From positions 192,801-256,748 of the forward strand of contig NW_013657667.1 in the NCBI RefSeq assembly GCF_000142905.1: a DNA stretch of 63,948 nucleotides. The letters are read 5' to 3'. The notes beneath the pieces were generated by a model that saw nothing but the letters and a program-made list of their open reading frames with translations, ran no database searches and had not been told where the DNA came from. Origin of the DNA: Thecamonas trahens ATCC 50062. Its lineage: Eukaryota; Protista; Apusomonadida. Below, piece by piece: positions 10,802 through 20,931 of this stretch (its first letter is position 1; each line of letters opens with the position of its first letter). A program made the translations under genes and the position numbers.

Positions 10802-13452
10802 CACCGAGGAGATCTTGAACTTGAGACTGGCTCTGGTCGTGCGAGTGCTAGAGGGCGACCTGGTAGCAGACTTCCTCGGGGTGCTGCTGAGAGTATGCGC
10901 AGAATGAGTGCTGGTCGCCCTCGGCGAAGAAGTACTGCCTCAAGCATGCCCGCCAGAACCTCGAGCCGCAGTCGGCATAGCTTCCAGGGCGAGACCGTTG
11001 ATGTGTTCAACACTAGAGTACGCGAACAGCGAGAGAGGGAGGGAGAGAGAAGGAGGGAGGAGAGGAGAAGAGAGGCGGCCATTGACGTTGGATCTCCGTC
11101 TGCCATCTGCACCTCTCACACTCACAACGGGCGATCGTGTTAGGGCAACGAGCGATCGGCGCTCGGCAAGTGGCTGGTCTCGGGTGCTTCGGCGATGGTC
11201 AAACGAAGCTACGATCGCAAGGCCAAGAGCTATGTGCTGGTATGTGACGGTGGGACAACAACGACCATGCAGCTGCCCAAGTCTGACAAGCGTCCGCTCG
11301 GCCTCCACCATCGCTTCTTGGTCCTGCAGCTGTGTGTGGCCGAGAAGCGGACGCGCGACGGCGAGGCACGGCCAGACGACTTTTCTCTTGAGCTGCACAT
11401 CACGGACGACTCGGAGAGGAAGCGCCGGTTTCACCTCTCGACCAAGGTGCGCACGCTGGTTACATCGGCCCTCCACGCACAAATCCCGCTCGGCTTTGTC
11501 CGCCGGAGCGTGTGGGTCAATCTTGTCCTAGACCTGGCGTCACTGGTGGCTGTCAACTACCCGGGTGCCGCGTTTGAGACACTCGACACCATCGTGGTCA
11601 AGCCCAAGCTCCTCATCCGCCGCATTTACACCACTGCGTACCCGCTCGCCGACACGTCTGGCGATGTCGAGGTCTTTCCTGCTTGGACACCACCAGGCGA
11701 CGACGCAGGGCCGGTCCCGAGGCCGTTTGCCTTTCCCACTGGCGTAGCCAACGTGGTCCAGGTCGTCGACATGGCCAAAATTATGGCAGCAGCACCGCGC
11801 GACGAGCCTTCGGTTGATCTGCCTGATGAGTCACCCCCTCGCTCGCGGAGCGTACGCTCGATACGTGCACCGCAGATCCCGCGTCGGTCGTCGATGCCGG
11901 CCGCAGAGCTGCAGGCCGAGGGAGGCGCGGGCCTCGACCTAACCCCAAGCTCGGTGTCAGCGCGCTCGGCCTCGGGTCACGCCCACTACCCGGGCTTTGC
12001 AGGCGCGCGTCGCCTCCCGCACACCTACACCATGGCGCGGCGCAACTCGCGCGACAGCGGGCTGTCGCCGGCCGCAGCGTCGGCGTCGCCGCGGTCACGG
12101 CCGTCGATCTCGTCCTCGCCGCCACTCGGGCTCGACATGCACATCTCGGGCTCACCACTTACCGTCGCCACACCACCGCTCACTGACGAGCGGTCGCCGT
12201 CGCCACCCGTCGTCCGGATGAACGACCAACCGCCGTCGCCCACCGCCGTCAAGGCGCTCGCCACCCCCGAGCTTGGTGCATCCCAGTCGTACGACGCCAC
12301 ACCGTTGTCGTCGATGACTGCCGCAGCTGACGACGACTCGGTACTGTTTGACTCGGGCGCGTCGCGCGCCGCATTGGGCTTTCCGCCGCGCACTTCTCTG
12401 CCCGACCGCTCCCCGCCCGACAGCCGCCGGACTTTTACCAAGACATTCCCGACAACCTGTACGACTCGGACCATCTCGCTACCAGCGAGCTCGGCGACGA
12501 CGAGCGCGGTGTCGGCGTCGGCATTTCGATGGACTCGACCGACTATGCGTGGCACTTGTTCCCACAGCGGTACAAAGGCCCGCCGCCAATGCCCACGGTT
12601 CCGTCGCCGACTGCCTGCACCGGCTCGATGCCCGGCTCGCCGGCGTCTGGCACCTCGATCGGCGACTCGGTCGGTGATGTCTCGCTCGTATTCTCGTCGG
12701 GTGAGATGGAGATGTTTGCCGATTCGGACGGCGACGTCGCCGTCGACAGTGAGGTTGAGGCTCTCCTGCTTGGCTCGCCACCGACTGTTGCGCACCGAAA
12801 CGGCAGCGATGTCGAGAGCGACGATGCTGCTGCCGATTTTGAGCTCACCATGCCAGACCCGGAGCCGCATGTCGGACCGGCGATGCCGGCCACGGTGGCG
12901 GCGTGGGGCGAGAGCGCGTCGGCGCCGGCCGCAACCCCGCCGCCGGCGCGTAGACCGCCCACCGCTGCCGGCCGCAACTCGCGGCTCATTCGCGAGAAGA
13001 TGCCCTCTCACCGGATTGGGACGCCGCAGCGGACCCGGCCATCGAGCGCCGCCCCGCGGCGATCATACTCGCCGCCGCTAGTCACCGCCACCGACATTGC
13101 CTCCGAGGCAATGCCGAGTCTGGCCGAGCTCAGCAGTCTTGAATCGGGCGGGCCCCTCTTTGACGAGCCTTTGCCCACGCCTGAAGCCGCCCTTCCGCTC
13201 GTCCGCAAGTCACTCACCATGGAGCTCACGCCCGAAGCCCGCCGCCGGCTGCGAGAATCGGCGTCACGGGTCTCACGCCCCGTCACTCCCGACGACGTAC
13301 CTAATCCTGCAGTCCTCCCTGGCGAGAGCAAGGCGTCAACACCATCGCGGGTCCGCGAAGAAGAGTCGGGCAAGGAGCTTGAGCTCATCTATGACCCGAT
13401 TTTGCACTGCTTCTTTGACCCGCGCTCCTTTGTCTGCTACGAGATGGTATGA
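10721..13452 (+). CDS. CFAP20DC: CFAP20DC/C3orf67-like protein; exon 1 10721..11017, exon 2 from 11144, -1 frameshift near 12411
   Basis: A phase-0 intron GTACGC...TAG yields [13 protein letters not shown]|[12 protein letters not shown]...[12 protein letters not shown]...HAQIPL...WVNLVLDL (CFA20 domain). The diagnostic C-terminus [24 protein letters not shown] lies in the -1 frame. Confidence 0.85.
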
Positions 13453-13674
13453 GCGCGCGCCCGACCCGTGACTCGAATCCGCCAACCCACCACCATCACC
13501 ACCGCCACCACCACCATCATCACCGCTACCATCATTGTTAAACCCCATCCATCCCGCTCTCTGTCGTGCACTCTGATGTGATGATCAGCAAACCTCCACA
13601 CCAGATACGCTTTCGCAACAGCAGCAGAGCACGCAGCCGGTCGAGTGACTAACCAGCCGTCAGCAACCCCACCG

Positions 13675-13709
<35 letters not shown>

Positions 13710-13749
13710 ACTCACCACTCACCACTACCACTACCCCCTGTACCACACT

Positions 13750-14343
13750 ATGTCGTCGACGTCAACCAACGGAATCGGCTATTGCTTCTCAGACCGGGCG
13801 CAGGGCATTGCCAACTACCCGCACTGTCGGAGGGCCAACGGCCTCATTTTCGTGTCGGGCATCTCGTCGCGGCGGCTGGACAACACGTACGTGGGCGTGA
13901 CCGAGCGGGCTGATGGTGGCTTTGATCTGGACATTCGCGAGCAGACTCGTGCTGTCCTCGATAACATTGCCGTCATTCTCGCCCGCGTCGGTGCCTCGCT
14001 CGACAACGTCATCGATGTCCAGGTCTTCCTCGTCGATATGAAGGACTACCCGGGCATGAACGAGGTTTACAACGAGTACTTTGATTCCGAGTCGGGGCCA
14101 AGCCGTACCACCGTCGCCGTCCACCAGCTGCCCAACCCGGCCAAGCTTCTGGTCGAGATCAAGGTCATCGCCCTCGACCCCTCGCCCGAGCCCGCCGTCT
14201 ACGCCCCCGCTGCTCTCACCGCGCCTGCCGCTGCATCCTGCCCGGTTGCCTCATGCGCGTCGGTTGTTGCCTGTGCAGGCCTCACCAGCCTCGTCGTCGT
14301 TGGCGCTGCCGCGCTCGCTGGCATGTTCTGGCACCGCCGCTGA
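13750..14343 (+). CDS. RidA/YjgF family protein, 2-aminomuconate deaminase-like, with a C-terminal hydrophobic tail
   Basis: Motifs ANYPH, LIFVSGISSRR, DIREQTRAVLDNI, MNEVYNEYF, PSRTTVAVHQLP (catalytic Arg) and LVEIKVIA. Confidence 0.85.
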   Translation: MSSTSTNGIGYCFSDRAQGIANYPHCRRANGLIFVSGISSRRLDNTYVGVTERADGGFDLDIREQTRAVLDNIAVILARVGASLDNVIDVQVFLVDMKDYPGMNEVYNEYFDSESGPSRTTVAVHQLPNPAKLLVEIKVIALDPSPEPAVYAPAALTAPAAASCPVASCASVVACAGLTSLVVVGAAALAGMFWHRR

Positions 14344-14398
14344 GCTGCAGCCGCTCCGACTCGAGCGGCGGCAACAAGATTGTCACATGGCTGCGAGC

Positions 14399-15043
14399 CT
14401 ACAACGGCTCGAGCGAGGTGATCGGCTTGAGATCGTACTTGGCAATGACGTCGGCTACCGTCACGCCCTTGTGTGCATCCATCCAGGTCTCCCACTCGAG
14501 ACCCTTGCGGACAAGATTGGGGTTGGCCACGCGCAGATCGCTCGCCAGCTCGCGCTTGGACGTAGTATAAAAGACGTGGTAGAGCTCATGGACCACCTCC
14601 CAAGACGCCGGGCGGAAGACCAGATCCTTGACCACGTAGCACGGCGGAACAGTCAGTGTCGATGAAGCTTCCGAGACCGCCAGCGCCATCGGTGGGTGGT
14701 GCCGGAGCCACTCGAGATGGGCCTCGAGGACCGAGTGCTTGCAGCTCCGCAGCGCGTACTCGGCGAGGAGATCGTCGGCCACATCTACGGTATACATGTA
14801 GTTCTGAAGGCTCTCGCGGACCCACTGAACGAGCAACATACCGGCCTGCATGGCCCGGAACCCGCGCCGGCTCCGCGCTTTGTTGAACGGTGGCGGTTCG
14901 CCGCGTTCGACGCGCTCGTCGACCCACCCGCGCCCGTCGAGGACCCAATGGGCGGTGTAGAGCATCTGTGCCGCCTCGAGCGCCATCTTGACCACATGCT
15001 TCGAGCCGTGGTATTGGGCAGGCACACCAAAGAACAGGTTCAT
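14399..15043 (-). CDS. Pyrimidine-dimer DNA glycosylase / T4 endonuclease V-like family protein
   Basis: MNLFF...HxxKHVVKMALEAAQMLYTAHW...WVRESLQNY...LLAEYALR...H...LEWLRHHPP...PPC...YHVFY matches the 'MNIF..DKHVVKMxLExxQML' family of bacteria, phages and giant viruses. Confidence 0.75.
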   Translation of the reverse strand: MNLFFGVPAQYHGSKHVVKMALEAAQMLYTAHWVLDGRGWVDERVERGEPPPFNKARSRRGFRAMQAGMLLVQWVRESLQNYMYTVDVADDLLAEYALRSCKHSVLEAHLEWLRHHPPMALAVSEASSTLTVPPCYVVKDLVFRPASWEVVHELYHVFYTTSKRELASDLRVANPNLVRKGLEWETWMDAHKGVTVADVIAKYDLKPITSLEPL

Positions 15044-15288
15044 GGTCGCCGCGCTGTGGTCCGAGTTGGGTGGGCGGGACTGAGACATTTACACGCCAAT
15101 AAGACCCGGCGTGGCAGGCACCTCTCCACCTTCTGTGGCTCTCTACTTCTGCTGCGACAAACACAGATGACTTGGGCAAGCAAGAGATACGTTTGCGGCA
15201 ATGTGGCGGCTTTTAGAACGCTTGTGCTGAGCTCAGGCGGGCCGGACCAGCACGCATATGTTGCAGTTGCCGCGACAAGGACAACAGA

Positions 15289-17028
15289 TTAGGCCGACTC
15301 GGAGTAGTCAAAGGTGTACGAGTCAGAGCCCGAGGCCGAGGCCGAGGCCGAAGCCGAGCCCGAGCTCGAGCCTGAGGCCGAGCCCGAGCCCGAAGCCGAG
15401 CCCGAAGCCGGGCCCGAGTACGGGGCGGCGGCCTCAGCCTCAGCCTTGTTCTCGAGAACCTTGATCTCCTTGTCGGCGCGGTCGTCGTTGTTCTTGGAGC
15501 CGTACTCGGCAATCTGCTCAAACTCGGGGCGAGTGTCGAGGAAGACGAGGACGTAGACGAGGGCACCGATGATGCCGCCGATGAACGGGCCAAGAAGGAT
15601 GGCCCACCACGAGCGCGTGAAGCTCTCCGAGACGATCCACGGCGCCAGCGAGCGGGCCGGGTTCATCGAAGCACCAGTGACAAAGGTGAGCGCAAAGTGA
15701 CCGGCGCCGAGCGCAGTGCCGATGGCGAGCGGCGCGTTGGCGCGGGTCTTGAACTCGAGCTTGTACTGCTGATCGACGGCAGTGCCCATGATGACAAAGA
15801 CGAAGAAGGCGGTCACAATGAGCTCGGCAAAGAACGCCTGTGCGTCAGTGATGCCGACACCCGCCGTGTTGCGGGCAAGGCCGGCCTTATGGCCGGACTC
15901 GCCGAGGAGGCCGTAGGTGGCAGCCGAGCCCACAAGGCAGCCAGCAACCTGGACAACAATGTACAGCGCACCCTTGATCGGGTCGATCTCACGGGTCACA
16001 ATCATGCCGGCAGTAACTGCCGGGTTGACATGGCAGCCGGAAACGTGGCCAATGGCAGCGATGAGCGAGATGAGAGTAAAGGCAAAGACAAGGCCGTTGA
16101 GGATGGCCAGGCCCAGAGTCGAGGTCGAAATCGCGGTGCTACACCACACACACCATCATCATCAACATTGCCATCATCATCATGAGTCCATTGCTCCCCA
16201 CGTACGCCTGCCATACCTGCCAGAGCTCATCAAACGACATGAGCAAAAAAAAAAAAGTATCCACTCAGAAGGGGGGCCTTTTTCACCCCCATCCCCCACA
16301 GTCAAGCCAGTGGACTGGACGAGATGCAACGCCAGTTCCACGAGGAACTGAGAGGAGAAGAGGGGGGTGGGGAAGGAATGGAGGGTGGGGAAGAGGGGGG
16401 GGGGGGGAGGGGTCGGAGGGGAGACGCGAGAAAGTGGGAAGAGGGGATGAAAGGCGTCCTGCTTCGCACAGAAGCCAGCGGGCGACGGGCGGAGGGGGAT
16501 AGTGGGCGAGCGGGGCGGGCCGGCTACTGCTGGAACGTACTCCTGGAAGACGGAAGTGAGGGTGAGCGAGGGCAGGAAGAAAAAAAAAAAGTAATCCACT
16601 CAGAAGGGGGGCCTTTTTCACCCGCAACCCGCTGTGCCCATCCCCCACAGTCAAGCCAGTGGACTGGAAGAGATGCAACGCCAGTTCCACGAGGAACTGA
16701 GAGGAGAAGAGGGGGGTGGGGAAGGAATGGAGGGTGGGGAAGAGGGGGGGGGGGTCGGGGTCGGAGGGGAGACGCGAGAAAGTGGGAAGAGGGGATGAAA
16801 GGCGTCCTGCTTCGCACAGAAGCCAGCGGGCGACGGGCGGAGGGGGATAGTGGGCGAGCGGGGCGGGCCGGCTACTGCTGGAACGTACTCCTGGAAGACG
16901 GAAGTGAGGGTGAGCGAGGGCAGGAAGATGATGTAGAACGAGCCAATGAACTCAGCGAGGAGGGCACGGTTCCACTCGGCCTGGAAAGGCTCCTGGGCGT
17001 TGCGGAGGAGGGGTCCGGGGGCAAACAT
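15289..17028 (-). CDS. Aquaporin (MIP family); join(17028..16889, 16138..15289)
   Basis: AEFIG in TM1, two NPA boxes (GCHVNPAVT, GASMNPARS), ar/R residues F-H-A-R by eye, a phase-2 intron GTACGT...TAG, and a C-terminal SGSASG repeat. Confidence 0.92.
16247..16928. repeat. Imperfect tandem duplication (~330-345 bp x2) covering the aquaporin exon 1 3' end and intron
   Basis: About 16247-16578 is nearly identical to about 16581-16928. Confidence 0.9.
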
Positions 17029-17186
17029 GGCAGCGAGAAAAGCGGGTGGCCGAGGCGAGGAAAAGGGCGTGGGTGAGCCGCGACGACTCGCCAATCGGCA
17101 GACGCGCGTTTGTTTCCAGAGGCGTCGTCGGCCTGGCTGTTGCACAGAGATACACCATCCAACAGTAGCAACTACAGATCGCAAAG

Positions 17187-19541
17187 TTAAGCCCGCTCAT
17201 AGGCCGAGTGGGTGTGATGCCGGAAGAGGAGCTCCTCATACGTCGGGTATGGGTAAAGCGAGGCTGGGAGGACGAGCTCGGCGGTGTCGGCCGCGGCGCG
17301 AGTGGTGGCCATGGTCGAGGCCACACCGGCAGCAACCTTGGTGGCGGCTGCAGGCGCCTCGCCCGAAAGGGCACCACGGAGGGAGTCGAGATCCGCGGCG
17401 AGCTTGGCGGTGGCGGCGGTGAGGTCGCCGTAAATGCCGGCCTTGTCGGCTGAGAACGAGGTGGTCGAAGCGGCGCCGCCGGTGGTGGCCTCATCGGTGG
17501 CGGCGGCGGGGAGGTAGCCCTGCTGCAGCATCTTGAGCATGGCGGTGGCCTCGAGCTCGATTGTGGCCGAATAAGCCTCCATGGCAATTTCAGCTCGGGC
17601 GAAGACAGCCTCGCGCTCGAGAATGCCGGTCGACGAGAGCAAGTCGACGTTCTTGTCGGCGGCGATGGCGCCGAGCGCCGAGGCCGAGTCGCGGTTGTTG
17701 GGAAGGCCGCGACGCTCGGCCTCCTCGGCCCACTCGTCCGAGTAGGCGTCACCATTGAAGACCACATGCATCGAGTCCGCAAGGACGGCGCTGACCGCGT
17801 CGCGGATCGAGTCGCCGGCGTCGGTCCGCTTCGAAATGGCCTCGAGGCCGTCGATGACGGCGGCGTGCAAGAAGGTGAGCGAGGTCGAGATGTCCTGGTT
17901 GGAGCCGACGGCCCGGAACTCGAACCGGTTGCCGATAAACGGCATCGGTGCGGTCCGGTTACGGTCCTCGACAGAGGCCCGGAGCGGCGGGACGGCCCGT
18001 GTGCCGAGCCCGAGCACCCGGCGAGCGTCCTCCGAGTAGCCCTCGAGCGCCCCGCCGGCAAGAACCGCATCCATGTGCGCCGTCAGGTTCTCGCCAAGGT
18101 ACATTGACATAATCGCCGGCGGCGCCTCCTGCGCACCAAGCCGGTGGTCGTTACCGGCAGTCGCAACCGAGGCGCGGAGCAGGTCGCCGTGATGCGCAAA
18201 GGCGTGGACAACGGCGGCAGTAAAGGTGGTAAATGCCGCCTGCTCAAAGCTCGCCGAGCCCGGCGCACACAGATTGACGCCCGTCGACGTTGTGAGCGAC
18301 CAGTTGTTGTGCTTGCCAGATCCGTTGAGATTAGCAAACGGCTTCTCGTGGAGGAGGACAAAGAGCTCGTGCTCGGCAGCCACATCCTTAAGCACCTGCA
18401 TCATGAGCTTGTTCTCGTCGGCAGCGACATTGGTCACGCCAAAGATCGGTGCCGTCTCGTGCTGCGCCGGCGCGACTTCGTTGTGGAGTGTCGCGCACGA
18501 AATGCCGAGTGACCACAGCTCGTCCTGCACATCGCGGAGCATGGCCTTGACCCGCGGCGGGACGGCGCCAAAGTAGTTGGCGTCAGTCTGCTGCCCGCGC
18601 GACGGCGCGGCGCCCACCAGCGTCCGCCCCGACGTCACGACATCCGGCCGCTGCAGGACCAGCTCGCGGTCGAGAACAAAGAACTCTTGCTCCCATCCCA
18701 CCTCGGGCACAACCTTGGTCGAATCCTTGTCGCCCAGCGCCCGAAGAACCTTGAGCGACGCCTCGGAAATGGCCTCCATCGACCGCAGCAGCGGCGTCTT
18801 CTCGTCGATCGGCGTTCCCTCGTGGGTCACAAACACCGACGGGAGACAGAGCGTGCCGGACCGAACCCACGGCGCAGACGTCACATCCCATGCCGTGTAC
18901 GCGCCGGCACGGTGCGTCCCGCGCAGTCCGCCATTGGGGAACGACGAGCCGTCCGTCTCACCAGAGAGCAGCATCGAGCCGGTAAACGCCGACGTCACGC
19001 GTCCAGACTTGAACGCCAGAAAAGAGTCGTGCTTCTCGGCTGGCCCCTCGCGGAGCGGTGAAAACATGTGCGAGTACGAGACTGCGCCGCGCGAGACGGC
19101 CCAGTCATGCAACGTCGCCGCGATGTCATCAGCCGCCGCCGCCGACAACGGAGTTCCGTTCGTCTCGCACTCTGCCAGCGCAGCCTGGGACTCGGACGAG
19201 AGAAGCGAGAACGAGAACCGGTCAGCCCCATATGATGCGTCCACCACAGACGCCGACGACGAAGCCAGGGTGCTCGAGAGCCACTATCCGCCCAGCACCA
19301 CACACACACATCAACCGTGCCGAGAAACTCGACCGTGTGAGTCGAATCGCCAGCGGAACAAAATGCCAACCAAACCAGGCGCTACGGCAAACGCACCCCC
19401 CCCCCTGCCAACGGCAAGTGGCTACAGGCAACGTAGACGAGTTCCTCAACTCTCATCAGAAGATCAGCGTACGCGAGAACCAGTAGAAATAGCAGAGAGT
19501 GCAGCTCGGCGTGTAGAGCCAAGGTACGTAGCCGACAGCAT
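17187..19541 (-). CDS. glnN: Glutamine synthetase type III with a predicted mitochondrial presequence; join(19541..19473, 19283..17187)
   Basis: GSIII motifs GETDGSSFPNGGLR, GWEQEFF, HNEVAPAQHE, HEKPFANLNGSGKHNNWS, NDHRLGAQEAPP and DRNRT..NRFEFRAVGS. A phase-0 intron GTACGC...TAG adds MLSATYLGSTRRAALSAISTGSR. Confidence 0.92.
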
Positions 19542-19666
19542 GCTCGCTTGTGCGGTGCGGAATTGAGCGGTCGCGGCAGTGAAAGAGCGGTGCTTGTTCG
19601 CTGTTTGTGGCTGAGGGAGGGAAACGAGTGTCGTGAGTTTGTTCTACCGTGCGACGGCCTGTGTTT

Positions 19667-20626
19667 CTATTCGAAGGTTCGTGATGTGCACGAACTGACA
19701 TGCGCCAGACCGTAAAGCACAGCGCGGGCAAAGGCCTCGGCCGCCGCCGGTGCCGTTGCACCGCGGGCAGGAAACATGTGGTCAGCACCTGGAACGCGGA
19801 CAACACGGGTGTGCTTGCGGTCGACTAGGGGCGATAAGTCCGGATCGTAGTCATCGGACGCAACGATGACGATCGGCGTCGAGGCCGGTATCGGGCTGGC
19901 CTGAGCGGCTTCGAGCGAAGTGTGAAACGCCGCCAGCTCAGCGCGGGCGGCGGCAGCAAATTGCGACGTGGCCGAGAGGCAGCACGGCTTGCCGCTCACC
20001 GGGCCGACGCATCCGGCCTGCTCCGGCATGGCGCCAGCGAGCACCAGGTATGGCGAGACGCCGAGCCGGGCCAGGAGCCCCACAATGGCAAACGACCACT
20101 GGCCTCGCCCGACATCAGCCATGAGCGCATCGTCGGCTGCTGCGCTTGCAGCATCGACGGGATCGACCAGGACTAGCCCGTCGCACCACCCGCTGACAGC
20201 CGGCGACGAGACCACCATTGCGCCATAAGACCAGCCGACGCACACCCGCGACGAGAACAGCTCCGGGCCACGCGGAAAGGCTTCCATCAGCGCATCAGCC
20301 AGTGCTATCGCAGCATCTTGCGCCGTTCCGGCGGCACCGGCAGTCCCAGCTGCGTAGCCCGGCCGAGTAAAGGTGCAGATGGTGGCATGCGGCGGGAGCC
20401 GCGCCGCCGTCGAGACCGCCTTTGGCTCGTGGAGCCATCCCAGTGCGTCTCCAGTGAAAGGAAGTCCCGCATCGACAACCACTAACGTCCCTCCACCACT
20501 GCCATGTCCTGTACACACCAGCGGTGGTGGTGGTGTGCTGTACGCTCCATGAAGAACCTGTCCCCAGCCAAGCAGCGCCGCGGCCGCGACAAGAGCCACA
20601 GCGCCTGCAGCCGACAGCGGATCCAT
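19667..20626 (-). CDS. Alpha/beta hydrolase with an N-terminal signal or anchor
   Basis: GWSYG nucleophile elbow, LVLVDP and a C-terminal ADHMFP histidine. ATG at 20626. Confidence 0.75.
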   Translation of the reverse strand: MDPLSAAGAVALVAAAALLGWGQVLHGAYSTPPPPLVCTGHGSGGGTLVVVDAGLPFTGDALGWLHEPKAVSTAARLPPHATICTFTRPGYAAGTAGAAGTAQDAAIALADALMEAFPRGPELFSSRVCVGWSYGAMVVSSPAVSGWCDGLVLVDPVDAASAAADDALMADVGRGQWSFAIVGLLARLGVSPYLVLAGAMPEQAGCVGPVSGKPCCLSATSQFAAAARAELAAFHTSLEAAQASPIPASTPIVIVASDDYDPDLSPLVDRKHTRVVRVPGADHMFPARGATAPAAAEAFARAVLYGLAHVSSCTSRTFE

Positions 20627-20931
20627 GGCAAAGAAGAGAAAGAACTGCGATTGAGCGAGTGAGTGAGTGAGTGAGTGAGAACGTGTGTGTGCGTGTGTGT
20701 GTGTGTGTGTGTGTGAGGGAGTGAAGTGGAGGTTCGCACTGGCATCGATCGGGGTCGAGAGGGGGAAGGACCGGTGAACGAGGTGGGCTGCCGGGGCCAC
20801 GGGGGACGGAAGCGAGCGTGTGCCGGACTCGGTCTCGGTCGCAGTAGGGCGACACTAGCCGAGCTGGCTACACCCGTCGCTGTCGACCACGCATCCGAGA
20901 GTTCGTGTAGAGGTTGGCACAAGAGGCAGCG

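Noticed and set aside
16200-16230. Possible 9-nt micro-exon in the aquaporin intron
   Set aside because: It needs a weak GAG acceptor, and the gene already splices in frame without it.
13750-19541. Ammonia-handling gene cluster (Rid deaminase, aquaporin, GSIII)
   Set aside because: The aquaporin ar/R filter reads F-H-A-R by eye, which is the water-selective type rather than an aquaammoniaporin, and an unrelated glycosylase gene intervenes. Adjacency is probably chance.
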